A stretch of 63,946 bases of DNA, filler included, from Dugesia japonica (Eukaryota): assembly GCA_001938525.1 (NCBI GenBank). It is 6 parts of 6 records of this genome, joined end to end, with 100 filler letters (N's around TTAATTAATTAA, not from the genome) between each part and the next. Parts side by side here need not be neighbours in the genome. Positions count along the whole stretch, not along the records: positions 39,671 to 49,413 come from MQRL01630712.1; positions 49,514 to 63,946 come from MQRL01619468.1; 4 more parts are not named here. One strand, 5' to 3'. Under the pieces are notes generated by a model. It was not told the DNA's origin, made no database searches, and was given only the letters and a program-made list of their open reading frames with translations. Both the position numbers and the translations under genes were made by a program. Of the stretch, positions 48,600 to 60,069 are shown in pieces (position 1 is the stretch's first letter; every line of letters starts with the position of its first letter).

Positions 48600-49102
48600 G
48601 TAACATGACTGATGATCTCAAGTCGGTAATCTTACAAACTATAGTGAAATTATTCCTAAAAATAGTGATAATAGTAATAATAANNNNNNNNNNNNNNNNN
48701 NNNNNNNNNNNNNNNNNNNNNNNNNNNNNNNNNGATCTCAAGTCGGTAATCTTACAAACTATAGTGAAATTATTCCTAAAAATAGTGATAATAGTAATAA
48801 TAATAACTAATAATAGTAGTAACCATCGTGCTGATGATTAAAATTTATAAGGATATTAACGATGATAATACTAATAATTAATAATAATAATACTAATCAG
48901 AATAGCGATAATCCGAATAATATCAATGTTAAAAATAGTAGTAATAGTAATGATAATACTGGAACTAATAATAATAATAGTAATAATAATAGTAATAATA
49001 ATCATGACAATAATCATAGTAATAATGCCAATAATAATAATAATAATATTAATAATAAGCCGAATGATGATGATAGTAATAACAAGATTAATAATAATAA
49101 TC

Positions 49103-49155
<53 letters not shown>

Positions 49156-49165
49156 CATAATTCAT
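48600..49165. repeat. Degenerate (AAT)n minisatellite-like tract
   Basis: Directly visible; gives spurious poly-N/I ORFs. Confidence 0.9.
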
Positions 49166-49218
49166 TTAATATAAAAGCTTAAATCAAAATTTAGGTTTTA
49201 ATTATTGATATTGGATAA

Positions 49219-49255
49219 CAATTCGATATTTCGACCTTGTCTTCGTCAGGAATTG
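49219..49255 (-). ncRNA. Minimal type I hammerhead ribozyme motif (Penelope-like element type)
   Basis: CAAUUC-CUGACGA-A-GAC(AAG)GUC-GAAA-UA-UC-GAAUUG: 6-bp stem I, intact core, 3-bp stem II, vestigial palindromic stem III. Confidence 0.7.
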
Positions 49256-49413
49256 ATACGAAGGGATTGACAAGATAATTGTTATGTCACGAAATATGAG
49301 ACTATTGAAATTGTTGCGAGGATTTGACCAAATGAAATGTTTCTTGGAAAACTTTAATTTAATCGTTTTCTAATGGTTAATTAACTAGTTTCTAAGGGTT
49401 TTTAGCGATAATT

Positions 49414-49513
49414 NNNNNNNNNNNNNNNNNNNNNNNNNNNNNNNNNNNNNNNNNNNNTTAATTAATTAANNNNNNNNNNNNNNNNNNNNNNNNNNNNNNN
49501 NNNNNNNNNNNNN
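49414..49513. other. Artificial contig spacer
   Basis: N44-TTAATTAATTAA-N44. Confidence 0.97.
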
Positions 49514-51576
49514 TTATAGGCGCATGCCAGGTGTGTCAGAAACACAAAGTCCTGGCTGTAAAGACCAAAGAAGAAACAGCGAAAGTACAAGCACAGAGAT
49601 CTTATTAGATATATGTGATTTTAGTTCGGGGGCGGCTTATTCATGCCTCCACATCATATGGATTCTCTGGAATAAAGCTCAACCGTAATTTTTTAAACTT
49701 ATACTGTGTCCATAGCCACACCGCCATGACACCCATGAAGCCAATTGCTGCTGCCAGCAATGTTATTATCATCTAGATATGTTTTTGCATTTTGTCAGAT
49801 ACTTTGACATTCAAAAGAGTCGTTGTGGAGCAATTACATTGTGCTAAGGCCATTTTTTGAGCTGCCTTTTCTATGCTAGCATTTGTTTGACATGATTTAA
49901 TTCAATTCCATAAATTTGCGATCAATTTCCTTGAAATAGGTTTCTTACTAGATAAAGTTATTGAGCTGCTTGACGTTGATAATTGGATAGCTGATTTCGG
50001 ATCTAATTTTATTTCTTCAGAAAATACTAGATAAGTGGCTGTCGATCCCTCTAATTGTCGATAATACAAAATATTTGTAGCAGAGATTGATTCGTNNNNN
50101 NNNNNNNNNNNNNNNNNNNNNNNNNNNNNNNNNNNNNNNNNNNNNNNNNNNNCGTAATGGAATGTAATCTCTGTTTCTTCTTGATATGAATGTATTTTGG
50201 TAAATATTGTACATGCTTGCTGATAAGATACCTGTACCCTGTTTATTGGTAGGGTCGTAAAATACCATTCTATATTTTGCACTGTTTCCCAGTATTTATA
50301 TGTAAATCGTTGGTACCAGCACTGCACACGATAACTATGATTAGCTTTTAATTTCGTGATACTAACCTCCTTGTTCCACTGTTCAATCGTATAACTTTTA
50401 ATCAATCCTTCTGACATAAATGCTATGTTATATCGGAAAGTTGGTTTGACCGTTGCTTGAATACAGAGCATGTGATACCATCTACGTAGTATTAGTTTTT
50501 CCATATCTACTATCTTAGGTGTGAATTCGAATTGGGCGTTAGCTGTATAACAACAGCTTATTATTGCTAAAACCATTAATGTTTGCGAATACATTTTTGA
50601 TCTGTTTGGGTATCTACTACTACGTTACGTTATTATTATTTTTTTTAATAAGTTTATTAATATTTATTTATTATTTAATTTTCTATTTTAATCTAATATA
50701 TTAAATTATTTATTATGAATAACCTTTATCCATTAAAGCAAAACTAAAATATTTAATTTCTCAACTATTCTAAAATAAACTAGGACTACCCCTAATCATC
50801 ACAGATTGGGCTGAATTACTGCCAGATATAGAATTTGCATTAAATTATTCTTTGGAAAAAATAGCAAGGGGAAACTGGAACAAACAAGTAATAGAGAAGA
50901 CGGNNNNNNNNNNNNNNNCCAAAAGAACTTTCGAAGATAGAGAGGAAGTGTTAGTAAGGACCGAAAACAGGAACAAAGACCAGGAACGTTTTGAGGGGTC
51001 TTACCAGATAATAAAAAAAGTACACGACCGAAGATACTTATTGCAGAGAGATGACGGGAGACGAATAGAAAGAAATGTGGAAAAGTTAAAGAAATTTTTT
51101 CGAAGGGGGATGAGATATTATTGAAATAAATAAATATTAAAATAAATATTAAATTAATGTTTAATATCGTTGTTTTAATATTCAGATTTGGGATTGGTAA
51201 TATTTTGAATTAATAAATTGTTTATGAATTTGACTTATGATTTTAATCAAGCTATTAAACGTGATAAATCGTATTAAAACGATATACCACACTGCATGTA
51301 CGTATTGCGTAATAAACTGTATAAATATTACGGGTGATATTGTCCGCTACTAATCTGTCTACTTTAATAACATAAAATTCTCTTTTAACACGAGTTACAT
51401 TAAATCAAATAAATCTTATTAAGAAACCTAATTCGTATTAAATCAAAATCATTTGAACTAGAATTGAGCGCAATAAAAATTTATCGATAAATACTAATAA
51501 ATATTGTTATTCTTTAATTTTTATTATTTCTTAATAAATTAATTGTCAATTAACTCATTAATTATCGAGTCTAACA
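49514..51576 (+). mobile_element. Deleted Gypsy derivative: integrase zinc-finger end, inserted cargo, integrase C-terminus, PPT, 3' LTR from 51111
   Basis: ACQVCQKHK (49520); TTPNHH, DWAELLPDIEFALN, RFEGSYQIIKKVHDRRYLL..IERNVEKLKKF (50785-51110); PPT GAAGGGGGA then TG. LTR end tentative. Confidence 0.8.
49641..50594 (-). pseudogene. Intronless type I membrane protein (signal peptide, FN3-like domain, TM, short tail) with two in-frame stops
   Basis: MYSQTLMVLAIISCCYTANA signal; VSITKLKANHSYRVQC and FTTLP FN3-like motifs; the same frame continues past stops to MIITLLAAAIGFMGVMAVWLW-TQYKFKK...ENPYDVEA*. Confidence 0.7.
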
Positions 51577-52479
51577 CCACGTACACTATAAGAATTAGTT
51601 CGTGCCTTTAAAAAGCTTTTCAATTAATTACAAAAATAATTTGTTAATTTAAATTATTAAAAATTTATAAATCATTTTAGTTAAATATAATGAAATTAAA
51701 GATAATAAAATTTATGTTAATCTTTAAAAAATATATTATAGCACAATGTATTTTTAATTAAAAGAATCAAAGACATTGTAAAAATTTTTTAAATAGATTT
51801 TTATTTTAAATTTTAATATTAAAATAGATTTTTATTTTAAATTTTTATATTAAAATATTTTGTAGTATGAATAATTTGTGTAAATATAAATATATCTCAA
51901 CTTTACAATTTGTGTGAAATTCAACCAAAACTTGTATTCATAAAATTTTTCTGGAAGATTTTAAAAATATTAATTTAACTAATATACAGAGAATACATTC
52001 AAATTATTGCATAAATTTATCATCAACCATAATTGTCACCGAATAAAGTGAATAAAAATAGAATATGTAAAGAAAAAATTAACGATTTATTGATCAATTT
52101 AATTGGCAATCACAGAAAAACGTTCAGTTATTATTTAACTGGCAAGACTAACATTAAATGTTTTTGCTATATTCATTTATATTTGGTAAATTGGAGAGGT
52201 TTAATTTGTGTTGACAAAAATTGATGAACTTTTGGCCAAATTTCATTAGAATATTTACCCGCAAAATCTGTTACTATGCCTTGTAACCTTAAATTATAAA
52301 CATAAATTGTTGAAAAGAAAATTTCACTAATTAAATAATAAATATATCCAGGCAAATTAAAAATATAAAACAGCATCATTTTGACAAACAAGCTAAAATA
52401 AATTATCTAACGACTATTTAATGTTAAATAAAAATAGTTATTATTATTATTTACTGACTCCGAATTTAACCATGAGCCT

Positions 52480-53005
52480 CATGGTTAGATTAAGGAATTC
52501 AGAAGCTTCGAGTTTACAAAGTTTTTGAACAAAAATGGTATCATGTCAGCGATGACTGCAAGGCATATCCAAATATATTGAAAGATGCTAATAGTTTGCT
52601 AGGATAGCAAGAAACAGAAGTAATTATGCAGAAGTTGAAGAAAGTAAAAGATATTAAAGACTTTTACTTTTTGTAGAGAAACTAGAAAGATAACCTATTA
52701 ATGTAATGAATATTTTCACGGAAGTAAGACGTAGAAAAGTTGCTAAAAACAGAAGAATCATCGAAAGAGTTAGGAAAAGATCTGAACAAGAGTATTGGAC
52801 ATGCCAGAGTTACGGCCACACAAAAAGAGTATCCCGAGAATGCACATGTGGAACGCTAGACATGTCACAGAATAGGGCATACAAGTAAAAATTGTCCAGT
52901 TAAGAAACCACAAAAATGTTTTTGTTATGGAAAGATTAGTCACATCAGTAGGTTATGCACGGCAATTGTATGCGACAGATGTGGGAAACCTGGACACTTA
53001 AAAAG
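52480..53005 (+). mobile_element. Retrotransposon gag fragment with several CCHC zinc knuckles
   Basis: WTCQSYGH, CFCYGKISHISRLC, CDRCGKPGH. Confidence 0.7.
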
Positions 53006-55749
53006 TATATTTATAAAACAATCATATTTTATCAATAATTAATTAATTAACTGCATTTTTACTTAATTACTAGTTTGAACATTCTTTTGTCATTATTCTG
53101 ACTTCGAATAAAGTAACAACGTTGAATAAAGAGCATTTATAAATAGCACGGAAAAATTTCCGCCCATAATCTAAAGATTTCAAAAAATCAACATAAATAT
53201 GGATTATTAAGGTTAAATACATTGCTCAAAGTTAAAGAATACTAATATGAAGTTGTGGATAGATCCGAATCAATTCAATCGATGTCATTTTTATTGTTAT
53301 TGATATTATGGAATACAATCTCCGCTTTAAGGAATTACAAACTTTAGAGAAGATATAAACAGATATAGTAATAAATCCATGGTAATGTTGAATTTGTGAT
53401 TATTTATAGACCAATTAAAAATTTTCAAAAAAGAATTTTTCAATGATTCATTAAAAATTTTGATTAATTAATGGTGTTTCACTACGATATGGGAATTAAT
53501 GTNAAATTTCATTCTTTATATTCATAAAAATAGAAAAAAGCAAATAAATGTAAACGAATTATCAATTTTAAATGGAATAATATTCAAACTATTACAATAT
53601 TTTTAATCAACTAATAAATATTAAGGATATTATTGTAACTATGAAATTATTTCTTTATTAGTAATTATCAATTTATTTTTTAAGCATATAAATAAGGTGT
53701 AGAAATATATTTTCAATAAGGATATATGAAAAAAACATTAAGCAAAAGCGCAAAGCACTTAATATATTCTTAATAAAAACAACTGTATGCAAAATGTGTT
53801 TTTGACTTGACAACAATTACCGCCCTAGGAAATAATTCATAAAAAACAATTAATTCCTTAATATTGAAATAAATGCGTACATAATAAGAAATTAAAAGCG
53901 ATTACTTTAGAAATGCTTTTGTTGTTATAGCATGTGTATTAAAGATGTAGTATATATTTTAAATTCTCAAATATAACAGTTTATTATTAAAATTACTATT
54001 ATTATTATTNNNNNNNNNNNNNNNNNNNNNNNNNNNNNNNNNNNNNNNNNNNNNNNNNNNNNNNNNNNNNNNNNNNNTATGTAGAAAAGATTTGACCTAT
54101 TTATTCAACATACGATATAATATAGTGCATAACAAGGCACATATTTAATATCAGTCATCTCTAATTCTAAAGATAAACAATTAACATTACTTAGCTTGGT
54201 ATTACATTACATTCAGCTCGGTATAATTAAGCTTAAAAATACTTTCTCTTTTTAAGAGAAAAAATCAAAGTATAAAATATCATTTATTTTAGTCGATGTT
54301 TATAATATTTGAATTGACTAGATAATGATAAAGTATAAAAACCAAGAATATCGATACAAATTTATTCATATAAGTGATGATGTAAATTTCAACCCGAAAA
54401 ACAAGTGCACATCTTGAATTTATGATATTTCACTAATCATTTATGCAATTTCACCAATATCAGGTCTAGTAACTTACAATCAATTAGATTTTCACGTTCA
54501 ATAACTATTTCGATCGATTCGAAATAAGAAGTGTTAGGTTCGAAATATATAAAAAATTATTTAATGTTTTTAATAAGAAATGTTAATTATTAATTTAGAA
54601 ATATTAAAGATTGTTGAAAAATAAATCTTGTAATCACCAACGAATTTTGATAAATAAATAAAGAAAATATTAAAAGAAAAAAAATTTTATCATATATTTG
54701 AAAATGTCATTTTAAATAAGTACGACATATAAATCAAACTTCTCATAATTTATTTTCAATTATCCGTGTACTGAAAGTCTTCTACTTAAAGTGCTCGAGA
54801 ATATTCCAATGAATTTCTTCTACATTACATATTTTTTCATTAGTCAATACATTGTCATCATCAAGTAAATATTAATATTAGGTATTTGAATTATGTATTG
54901 AATTTAAATTTTCATCTTGTTATACATTTTTCTTCAATATAATCTATCTTCTTTTTAAGTTACCAAAATAGACAATGCATTATTTCTAGATAGTGTATGA
55001 TCAGACAATTCTCTATACTAAATTTGATGATATCTTAACATTTAATNNNNNNNNNNNNNNNNNNNNNNNNNNNNNNNNNNNNNNNNNNNNNNNNNNNNNN
55101 NNNNNNNNNNNNNNNNNNNNNNNNNNNNNNNNNNNNNNNNNNNNNNNNNNNNNNNNNNNNTTTTGCTATTCAACTAGTAAATATGAATGCTTAATCGCCA
55201 ATTGTTTCATTTCTATTCAACATATTATTTATTCTTCTTTTTCAAAATATCCGATTTCATATTACATAGGAAGCACATGCAATAAATAGTTCAAATTTTA
55301 TTGTTCCAAGATTTCTTGGAGCTAATTATTTCTTTAGAGTTTCTCCTTTATAAATTAAATCTGCTTGATTGTTCATTTGATCATATACAAATACCAAATG
55401 GTAAAAATATATACCTAAACATTATTTCTAGTGAAATACTTAGTGATATAACTTCTCAATAACATCGACGCGAATCTTTACAGATTTTATTAAATTTCAA
55501 AATTCATCACTCGTACTTCTAAAATTTTTATTTAGATAAGTAATTATACAATCATGTTTTGTTTTTTCGCTTTTATTATTATCAAACATTTAAACCAAGG
55601 TATTTTAAATCTTGGCAAAAGTACAGTCTATGAATTTGAGTCTTCTTTGATATCTAACATAGATAATAAGATTCTAAAGTTTATTAAATAAAAAGTTGAA
55701 AATTCAAAAACTGATTTAATTTTTTTTATTCAAACAAATCTTTTAGGCC

Positions 55750-57217
55750 AGTGGTGAGCAATTGATGTGTCACGGCAAGTGTTCTGGTGTGTCGCGAAAA
55801 AATTTTAAAAATTAAAAAACTGTTCACAACACTAAGCTCAAACATGGCATTTATTTTTCAATCTTATTTAAATAATAATAAGGTTTTATTGGTTCAGTTT
55901 CATTAACANGGTTTTTTGAAAATATCGAAATTAACGAAAAAAAATTAAAAATAACGAGGAGATAAACCTAACTAAAATAATTAGACAAAGAAGTATAGTG
56001 GTACAAAACATTTAAATAACAAATAAATTTGAAAATTAAAATATTTTTTTATTTTTGAAAATTTTTACGAATAATTCATTGTTACTAAGATACTTAAAAA
56101 TTCTTCTAAATAAAAATTCCGATAAATATAGCTCCAGTTTATCTCTCCTACTATAGTTTTTGGTTCGAAGCCACCTCTTTAAAATACTCCACAAACTTTC
56201 AATGGTTTGTGTATATACATCAGAATCATGTGGAGATACAAAGTTGGTAGTGTGATTAACGGTTTTGTAATTATAACTTGTCGTTTCACTGAAAAACTTA
56301 ATGTATGCAGCCCATTGATAGCTGTAAACTGTAGCTTTTTCATGAATATGATCTTTAACCAAATCTCCTAAAGTTTTAGCATCACGAATCTTCACGATCT
56401 TCAAAAAACGATGATTACCTTCACGATCGATAGCCTCAAATAGCCATTGAGCATTAACTTAAAGACATTGTTGTACTTCCGTTTCTTGGCGACAAGAGTT
56501 TCGGCAATTTCAGCAATACTTTCTTTGCCCAAGATAGGATAAGTACTTTCTATAAAATTGATAGTGGCTTTTCGAACTAGTGTAAGCACTTTTGTTAGAT
56601 TTCTTTTCACAGATTTCGATTACGTTTGTATTAGTGAATGCAATTATTGTAAATATATCACCAATATCTAGTCTCAATTCTAAAAAAGGCGTAAAATTTC
56701 TTACAGCAAAGCTCTGTAAACAAGTTTTATACCAATATCTGACACCAACTATTTTTGTTATGTTACTACGATTGGTAAAGTGAATTCTACATTGGGGACA
56801 CTCAACATGATCATTAATTATTCCCAGAGCTTTCAAAATCGACACTTTCGATTTTTAATCTAGTTTCATTCTGTCGATAAGTTCATTAAATTGGAATTGA
56901 TTAAACATAATCATTAATTTTTAAATATTTTAAAAATTTTAATGCTAATGTCTATTCTTAATCTTTATACATTAAATATTTTAAAATATTTGGTTATTTT
57001 TGTCCATGTTTTGTTATTTTTTGTTGGGCTAATGAAAAAATGATAGTTAATTTTAAAAAACCCAGTTAATAAAATTGAAGTGTTTCATTTTTATGGTTTC
57101 TGTCATTTCGTATGTTTTTCTATCTTTTTCAAAAAGAATTTAAATAAATGTTTTTGGTACCGCTTTAAATTGCGAAAAAAATTGGTGTCGCGACTTGAAA
57201 AAGTTTGACAACTACTA
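55750..57217. mobile_element. hAT-type MITE hosting the Merlin insertion
   Basis: Ends CAGTGGTGAGCAA ... AAGTTTGACAACTACTA with GTGTCGCG subterminal motifs on both sides. Confidence 0.5.
55891..57081 (-). mobile_element. Merlin (IS1595/ISXO2-like) DNA transposon, full length, frameshifted
   Basis: CPQC zinc ribbon, AEIAET..KRKYN, TVYSYQWAAY, TVNHTTNFVSP..YTQTIESLWS..K, YLSEFLFRR; about 30-bp imperfect TIRs; 8-bp flanks GTTTTATT / GTTTCATT. Confidence 0.9.
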
Positions 57218-58977
57218 TTTTGGACAATATTTAATTCCAAGACATTATATTTATAACCATTTCCAGCTATTTATTTTAGGTATTACATAANNNNNNNNNN
57301 NNNNNNNNNNNNNNNNNNNNNNNNNNNNNNNNNNNNNNNNNNNNNNNNNNNNNNNNNNNNNNNNNNNNNNNNNNNNNNNNNNNNNNNNNNNNNNNNNNNN
57401 NNNATAATAATAATAATAATATGAGGGTTCGTGTGAATCCTGCTCCCAGTTTTGTAATCTTTATTTATTGTACAAGAACAGAGTAATATGACCCTTGAAA
57501 TCTTAGTAGAACTAATATTAAATAATACTAGGATATAATTAAAAATAACTAATTATAATAATAATAAGACTAATCATAAAAAGAATTAAATACTNNNNNN
57601 NNNNNNNNNNNNNNNNNNNNNNNNNNNNNNNNNNNNNNNNNNNNTATTTTGAAAATTAAAATACCAACTGACATTGTGTATCTTTATGGTTATTCATAAA
57701 AACCAAAGGATTTTTAATAAGTTTATATTTATGGAAATTGCTTTTTTTATGTATTTATAATAATAATAATAATATGAGGGTTCGTGTGAATCCTGCTCCC
57801 AGTTTTGTAATCTTTATTTATTGTACAAGAACAGAGTAATATGACCCTTGAAATCTTAGTAGAACTAATATTAAATAATACTAGGATATAATTAAAAATA
57901 ACTAATTATAATAATAATAAGACTAATCATAAAAAGAATTAAATACTGATTTGCTTTCATTAATAATTATATTTACCATTCATTCATTGTTTTTTTTTGA
58001 AGGCGTTGATCCAAAAACGATGAAGGACAACGTTTGTTTATTTTTGGCAATTTGTGTCTTGTATTTATCTTTTCTTCATAAGGTTNNNNNNNNNNNNNNN
58101 NNNNNNNNNNNNNNNNNNNNNNNNNNNNNNNNNNNNNNNNNNNNNNNNNNNATTGTTATAATTGAGAATAAAATCTGGAATTTTATTATGTATATCTTCA
58201 AATTTATTTTTTATTTATATATACTATCTAAAATTATAGAGTTCTTAATTGAACTTTAACGACACAGGTCGAAATAAAATACCGCAACCGGAAATTAACT
58301 GATTTTGGACTCAGATACGAGCACTAATTGTGAGGAATATTAAAATCATTTTACTTATGTTTTGAAGCGCAACCTACATTAATTGAACTTCACAATAATA
58401 ATCATAATTATAATAATATGTATTAATAATCATTTCGAACATAATTGATTACATGTATCTTAGATTTTTGTAATTTCTGTAAATATAAACTAACCCTTTG
58501 GTTTTTTATAAATCATCCTGTATTATGTATATCTTTTTAGTTTGTAAACTGATAAATCATGTTTCTCCTTAGTTGATCATGTTAATTGCCTCACCTTTCA
58601 TAAACATTTTTCTATTCTTTTCTTTTTACACTCAGTTACTCATATTGATGCATTTCTCCTTCTAAAATGGTTTCATCAAAAAGATAAGGTATTTAGTATT
58701 TTCAATCATTTCATATTTTTAAATTTCTAAATATTACTTTTTGTGGCTCTAATTCGTTTTCGATAATTATTTTTTATTTCAATAATTGATAAAATTAAAA
58801 ATCTAATTTAAATTATAGTCGAAAATTTTAAGATATAATAAATTCTTTTTTTATTTAGATTTTAATTGGTTTTAGATTTTTTTTATTTACTTTTAATTTA
58901 GATTCTAAATATTATTCAATAAATTAAAAAAATTAATTAAATATGATAAATTCATAAATATGTTAAGATATATTTAT

Positions 58978-60069
58978 TAGGTATGTGCATAAGTTCGTCC
59001 TGTTTTTATACAAAAATTAAATAATTTTATTTAAAATAAATTACAAATAGCAATTTGGTTGGATGACCTTACTCCAATTTTTCTATGATGTTTCTTGTCG
59101 AGGAACTGATTCAAGTGACTTTTCAAATATCCAAAGAAATAAAAGTTCTTATCACGTAAACTAAATAAATAATATTCGTTGACTGCAAGGTCTGGTGAGT
59201 GCGGTAGATAAACGAAAACTACCTAGTCCAGTTTTAAGAATTTCTGTCGGGTGGTCAAAGACACGTGGTCTAACATTGTCTTGATGAAACACAATACCCA
59301 TTTTGTTTGCTAGTTCAGTCCTCTTCCGGTTGATAGCTTCCTTTAAATTAAAGTTGTTAACAGTATATTTAGTTTTGAGGCATAAGCTCATAATAAATTA
59401 TTCCCTTGAAATCTCATCAGAGTATTGCCTTCCTTGGATGTAGACTAGTTTTAGCTACAGTTAATGAAAAATCTCCTGGCTTACATTATAATCTCTTACG
59501 CTTAAGATCATTATTTTACATCCATTTTCATCCCCTGTTACTATTAACTTTAAAAACGGATTGATTTTCCAATGCTTTAATAGAGAATAGCAAGCAGAAA
59601 TTCTGTCTTGCATTTTTCTACGTTAATTATGAGACATCCATATATTCGGTAGTCATTCCGAGGTGATGTACACTTCTGAACAATGTTGAATGGTTAGTAC
59701 CAAGTTTTTCACCAATCTCTCCAGTTTTTATATGACGACCACTTTCAATAATAATCAATATTTTGTCGTTATCGATTTCAATAGGTCGTCCGGAACGTGA
59801 TGCATCGATAAGATCACATTTTTTGTGGTGAAAATTTCTGAACAACTTACGACCGAAGAATCATCAACACTCTTACCGTACACAGAGCATATTTATTTGT
59901 GAATCTGTAAGCGTTTTTGCCTATCCGGAAATAATATACCATGATGTGATTAAAATTTCATTTTCCTTTGTTGTTTAACTGTTACCAAATTTGAAAAAAT
60001 GCAGTTTATTTGAAATATTTTTGTTATACTTGGTTCACTTAAACAATATTAAAACTTTACATGTGCTAA
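58978..60069 (-). mobile_element. Decayed mariner transposon
   Basis: DASRSGRP, IVTGDE.W, VFHQDNVRP, PHSPDLAVNEYYLF; TA-flanked TIR near 58978; the other end runs into an N gap. Confidence 0.88.

Noticed and set aside
48613-48805. Exact ~70-bp duplication either side of a 50-N gap
   Set aside because: Typical unmerged contig overlap.
48862-49182. Poly-Asn/Ile ORFs (also 107-382, 8434-8748, 47256-47636)
   Set aside because: Translations of (AAT)n microsatellites.
10841-49513. Recurrent TTAATTAATTAA palindrome inside N runs
   Set aside because: Identical 100-nt six-frame-stop linker; an assembly or concatenation artefact.
56036-56845. Bacterial IS1595 contamination
   Set aside because: Decayed, nested in a eukaryotic MITE and matching host composition; Merlin explains it.
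57404-57947. Exact ~190-bp direct repeat (57404-57594 and 57757-57947)
   Set aside because: The first copy is bounded by N gaps; most likely a scaffolding duplication.
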